Shown here: positions 33,949-36,326 of the stretch, piece after piece
Layout: each line of letters opens with the position of its first letter
Position numbering within the stretch: the first letter of the stretch is position 1
IMG/VR virus record: IMGVR_UViG_3300030372_000758
Coordinates: 1 to 36,326 of that record
Reading direction: 5' to 3' (one strand)
Source of the DNA: a virus
Lineage: Duplodnaviria > Caudoviricetes
Length of the DNA: 36,326 bases
Notes under the pieces: model-generated
The model's database searches: none
Told to the model about the DNA's origin: nothing
The model's input: only the letters and a program-made list of their open reading frames with translations
Program-made: the position numbers and the translations under genes

Positions 33949-34184
33949 CACACTTGAAAACACACTTACCTTTTTAGAAAAGGTAGATTAATGGTGCGCC
34001 CTGAAGGATTCGAACCTTCGACCTACGGTTTAGAAAACCAATCCTAATTTCTTTTGGAAGTATTGTCTATCAATAATAACAACTATGATTTGTAAAAAAC
34101 GGGTTGACATAAATCCATATAAATAACCCTTATAAAATAATGAAGTGTCAGATAGAAACATCATTGACACTTGAAGTTACACTT
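33949..34184. mobile_element. attP region with arm-type repeats
   Basis: NACACTT at 33949, 33961, 34166, 34178 (pairs 12 bp apart) and inverted at 34143, flanking the tRNA-like core. Confidence 0.8.
33992..34039 (-). other. attP core: 3' half of tRNA-Arg(UCU)
   Basis: GGT-TTTCTAA-ACCGT-AGGTC-GAAGG-TTCGAAT-CCTTC-AGGGCGC-A-CCA; D arm and 5' acceptor strand absent. Confidence 0.9.
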
Positions 34185-34193
34185 TGGTTAAAA

Positions 34194-34391
34194 CTATTCG
34201 TAAGTTTTATCTTCAGCTCTTTTTTTATCATCTAAAGCCATGCAATTATAATGAGCTTTAGTTTTATCTAAAAAAGCTACAAAACTTTCAGTATTTTCCA
34301 TTTCCTTTTTGCAATACCTACATGGTCCAATATTCATTACATATTGAACTGGTTTTACCCACGTCTTTTTTTTCTGTTTTTGCATTTGCAT
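34194..34391 (-). CDS. Small zinc-finger-like protein
   Basis: CRYC...HYNC. Confidence 0.7.
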   Translation of the reverse strand: MQMQKQKKKTWVKPVQYVMNIGPCRYCKKEMENTESFVAFLDKTKAHYNCMALDDKKRAEDKTYE

Positions 34392-34471
34392 CTAGGAGCT
34401 TGCCAGGCAAAGAGCCATTCATTAAATTTATCTATACCGCCAAAAAATTTTAATAAAATTTTATCAATCAT
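34355..34471 (-). CDS. 38-aa basic peptide
   Basis: MIDKILLKFFGGIDKFNEWLFAWQAPRCKCKNRKKRRG; ATGA-coupled. Confidence 0.6.
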   Translation of the reverse strand: MIDKILLKFFGGIDKFNEWLFAWQAPRCKCKNRKKRRG

Positions 34472-34632
34472 TGCTTATTCCATTTAAAAGTTTGTTTAAT
34501 ACTTTTACTTGTTTTATCTTTACCATTTTCAGAAGTACCATATTCAACAGTAGTTTGATTTGGCTCTAACTTATAAACACAAGCTGTTAAAAATAATAAA
34601 GTATAGACTATAACTATTATCCAATACTTCAT
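34468..34632 (-). CDS. Small lipoprotein (spanin candidate)
   Basis: MKYWIIVIVYTLLFLTAC lipobox, 54 aa, ATGA-coupled on both sides. Confidence 0.7.
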   Translation of the reverse strand: MKYWIIVIVYTLLFLTACVYKLEPNQTTVEYGTSENGKDKTSKSIKQTFKWNKQ

Positions 34633-34805
34633 TTTTTCTTTTTAACTTTTTTTAAAACTTTATTCATTTTCTTGTGTAAGACTTTTTGATCTTGTTGAAT
34701 TTTCATTAATTCAGATTTTAAATCCCAAGTAGCGTGAAGGTTCCAACCAATAAGTGAAACTAAAGCCACTAAAGCTAATCCAACTATTTTATCTTTTATA
34801 TCCAT
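34629..34805 (-). CDS. Membrane-anchored coiled-coil protein
   Basis: MDIKDKIVGLALVALVSLIGWNLHATWDLKSELMKIQQDQK..., 58 aa. Confidence 0.75.
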   Translation of the reverse strand: MDIKDKIVGLALVALVSLIGWNLHATWDLKSELMKIQQDQKVLHKKMNKVLKKVKKKK

Positions 34806-35020
34806 TATTCCATTATTAATTTAGTTATTTTTTTTTCTCCCATATAAACTTCTATCTCTGCTTTAGATTTAATACATTTATATTGAACTCTATCTCCAGA
34901 TTTTAATTGCCTCTCGGCTATCCTCTTCCCTTTTAAGCATTTGCTTAAACTATCTTGTATTCTGTGTTCTTTTATTTCGTGATCTACAATTAATAAAAGA
35001 GCTATTACTGTTTCTATCAT
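34805..35020 (-). CDS. Hypothetical protein
   Basis: 71 aa, MIETVIALLLIV...SLSKCLKGKR...YKC. Confidence 0.75.
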   Translation of the reverse strand: MIETVIALLLIVDHEIKEHRIQDSLSKCLKGKRIAERQLKSGDRVQYKCIKSKAEIEVYMGEKKITKLIME

Positions 35021-35271
35021 TAGTTATAACTATACCCTGTGTTTGAATTTTCTAATTTTTTAAATAAATCTTCGTGTTGTTTCATAATTTCTTCATCCAT
35101 ATCAAACATTTCATCCATCTTCTCATCCATTAATCTTACTTGTAATTCTAATCTTTCAACTTTATCTTCAAGAACTGCTTGACCCGTAGATAGTTCAAAT
35201 GTTCTAGAAAGCGACCAGCCTCCTAAAGCAATTAATAATCCAACCAATAATGTTAATATTTTTTCCATCAT
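35020..35271 (-). CDS. Membrane-anchored coiled-coil protein
   Basis: N-terminal TM ending GGWSL, then heptads. Confidence 0.75.
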   Translation of the reverse strand: MMEKILTLLVGLLIALGGWSLSRTFELSTGQAVLEDKVERLELQVRLMDEKMDEMFDMDEEIMKQHEDLFKKLENSNTGYSYN

Positions 35272-35630
35272 TGGTGATTACCATTATCTCTTACTTTGTC
35301 TTTTAAAATTTCTAAAGTTTGTTCAATTTGTTTTATATCTTCCATAGCTCTATTAAGATTTACAGTATTGTTTCTCATACCCTCCATCTCTTTTTCTATA
35401 TTTTCTACTTGACCCGCTATGTGTTCAAGCAGCATAAACTGTTCTTGATCTGTTGGTAGCTGCTCGCTCTTCTTTAATAAATCTGCTTGGTGTAATTCTC
35501 TTGATGTTTCTAAGCTCGTAATCCTGGCTGTTATTTCTGTATATGCGAAAATTCCCAAAGCTACAGCCGCACACAAAGCTAAAAGATTTCTAACTGGTAA
35601 AGAAATATTTGTATTCTCGTTTATCTTCAT
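35268..35630 (-). CDS. Membrane-anchored coiled-coil protein
   Basis: TM (LLALCAAVALGIFAY) plus coiled coil. Confidence 0.75.
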   Translation of the reverse strand: MKINENTNISLPVRNLLALCAAVALGIFAYTEITARITSLETSRELHQADLLKKSEQLPTDQEQFMLLEHIAGQVENIEKEMEGMRNNTVNLNRAMEDIKQIEQTLEILKDKVRDNGNHQ

Positions 35631-35755
35631 CTGCCTTGCCTATTGTATTTCTTAAAGCTACGAGCTTCAGATTTGTTTAATTTTTTCTTGTGCCTTCGTG
35701 GTCTTTTTGGTGGTTTATCCCTTGGTACAAAGTGAGTAAACTTAACTCTAGCCAT
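35627..35755 (-). CDS. 42-aa highly basic peptide
   Basis: MARVKFTHFVPRDKPPKRPRRHKKKLNKSEARSFKKYNRQGR; fills the gap exactly. Confidence 0.75.
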   Translation of the reverse strand: MARVKFTHFVPRDKPPKRPRRHKKKLNKSEARSFKKYNRQGR

Positions 35756-36041
35756 TAAAAAAAATATTTTTTATCTTATCTATTAAACTTGGTTTTGCTT
35801 CCTCTGTTAAAACCAAAGGTAAGTAACTAGCAGCTATCTCTTTTCCAGATTTATCTTTTTCTTCCTCTGTCTTTTTACTTCTTGCATTAATTTTATTGGG
35901 TCTAAACTTGTCAACTAATATGTATCGGTAAACATAGTTATCGCATCTAGCACCTTCAAACTGAAAGTGTAAAGTATCTGGCGCATCTTGATAATGACCG
36001 CCAAAGCAATGCGGATCAAAGTCTGATTTAGTTATTGTCAT
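35748..36041 (-). CDS. Hypothetical protein (paralog of 15550..15756)
   Basis: LHF...NYVYRYILVDKF motif. Confidence 0.75.
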   Translation of the reverse strand: MTITKSDFDPHCFGGHYQDAPDTLHFQFEGARCDNYVYRYILVDKFRPNKINARSKKTEEEKDKSGKEIAASYLPLVLTEEAKPSLIDKIKNIFFNG

Positions 36042-36325
36042 TTCTTTTTCCTATTCATTAGTTTGTCAGAAACCCTAGAACCAAAGCTGGCAGTAAAAAC
36101 AATAATTACCAAGTACCAAACACTATCTGGTAAATCATTTATGATTGCTACCCACTCTCTAAAGTTTTCTCTAGTAGATGGGAACCAGCCAGTAGTAAGC
36201 ATTCCTATTAGCCACAACATTAAAATTTCATCTTTGTACGACTGATCTTGGCTTTTAATTCTAGTTATATCGACATCTTTAGCTGCCTCTATTTCAGCAG
36301 CTCTTATTACTTTTTGCTTTTCTGC
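36038..36325 (-). CDS. Holin-like membrane protein, 5' end beyond the window
   Basis: Frame open to the window edge: AEKQKVIRAAEIEAAK...QSYKDEILMLWL...LPDSVWYLVIIVFTASFG...KKK; two TM segments and a basic tail. Confidence 0.65.
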   Translation of the reverse strand, partial: AEKQKVIRAAEIEAAKDVDITRIKSQDQSYKDEILMLWLIGMLTTGWFPSTRENFREWVAIINDLPDSVWYLVIIVFTASFGSRVSDKLMNRKKK

Positions 36326-36326
36326 T

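Larger units (their letters stand above)
1..36326. mobile_element. Temperate podovirus genome (T7/BPP-1-like virion module with lambdoid CI/Cro control and tyrosine integrase), near-complete, pelagiphage-like
   Basis: Terminase, portal, capsid, tail tube A/B, internal virion proteins, CI/Cro, integrase and intact attP; no host housekeeping genes; both window ends fall inside phage late genes. Confidence 0.95.

Noticed and set aside
33992-34070. Complete tRNA-Arg gene
   Set aside because: No D arm or 5' acceptor strand upstream; only the 3' half is present, as expected for attP
23916-36245. ORFs 23916..24122, 28027..28224, 31370..31561, 36063..36245
   Set aside because: Opposite-strand shadows of better-supported genes
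1-36326. Terminal repeats, circular closure or host-prophage boundaries
   Set aside because: The two window ends share no visible sequence, both cut through genes, and no host genes are present

Overview
The whole window is most of an AT-rich (about 30% GC by eye) temperate podovirus genome in its non-integrated form, since attP is intact with phage genes on both sides. The host is probably a marine alphaproteobacterium (SAR11/pelagiphage-like); this is inferred from an alphaproteobacterial LexA box, GANTC depletion and gene content. Minus strand, 1-28.2 kb: Cro, PAPS-reductase-like protein, HTH replication initiator with internal iterons, Q-like regulator, TerS, two self-contained gene cassettes, Mom/XF1762-like GNAT, TerL, portal, scaffold, major capsid, T7/BPP-1-like tail tubes A/B, internal virion proteins, a repeat-rich tail fibre and modular fibre/chaperone pairs. 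Plus strand, 28.4-33.8 kb: CI-like repressor, PD-(D/E)XK exonuclease, annealing protein, SSB-like protein, LexA-DBD-only protein, tyrosine integrase and an HTH protein. These are followed by attP (3' half of tRNA-Arg UCU) and a minus-strand membrane/lysis cluster. The most unusual signals are non-coding: (1) a C4/CI-like three-way-junction antisense RNA with matching upstream targets, inside an SOS-box operon next to an apparently non-cleavable repressor; (2) a second, inverted att-like site (core plus tandem arm sites) 11 kb from attP, between terS and terL; (3) a duplicated 28-bp late-promoter motif; (4) a 17-bp operator family; (5) structured RNA elements around the capsid genes. All calls come from reading the sequence by eye; no searches or folding programs were run.
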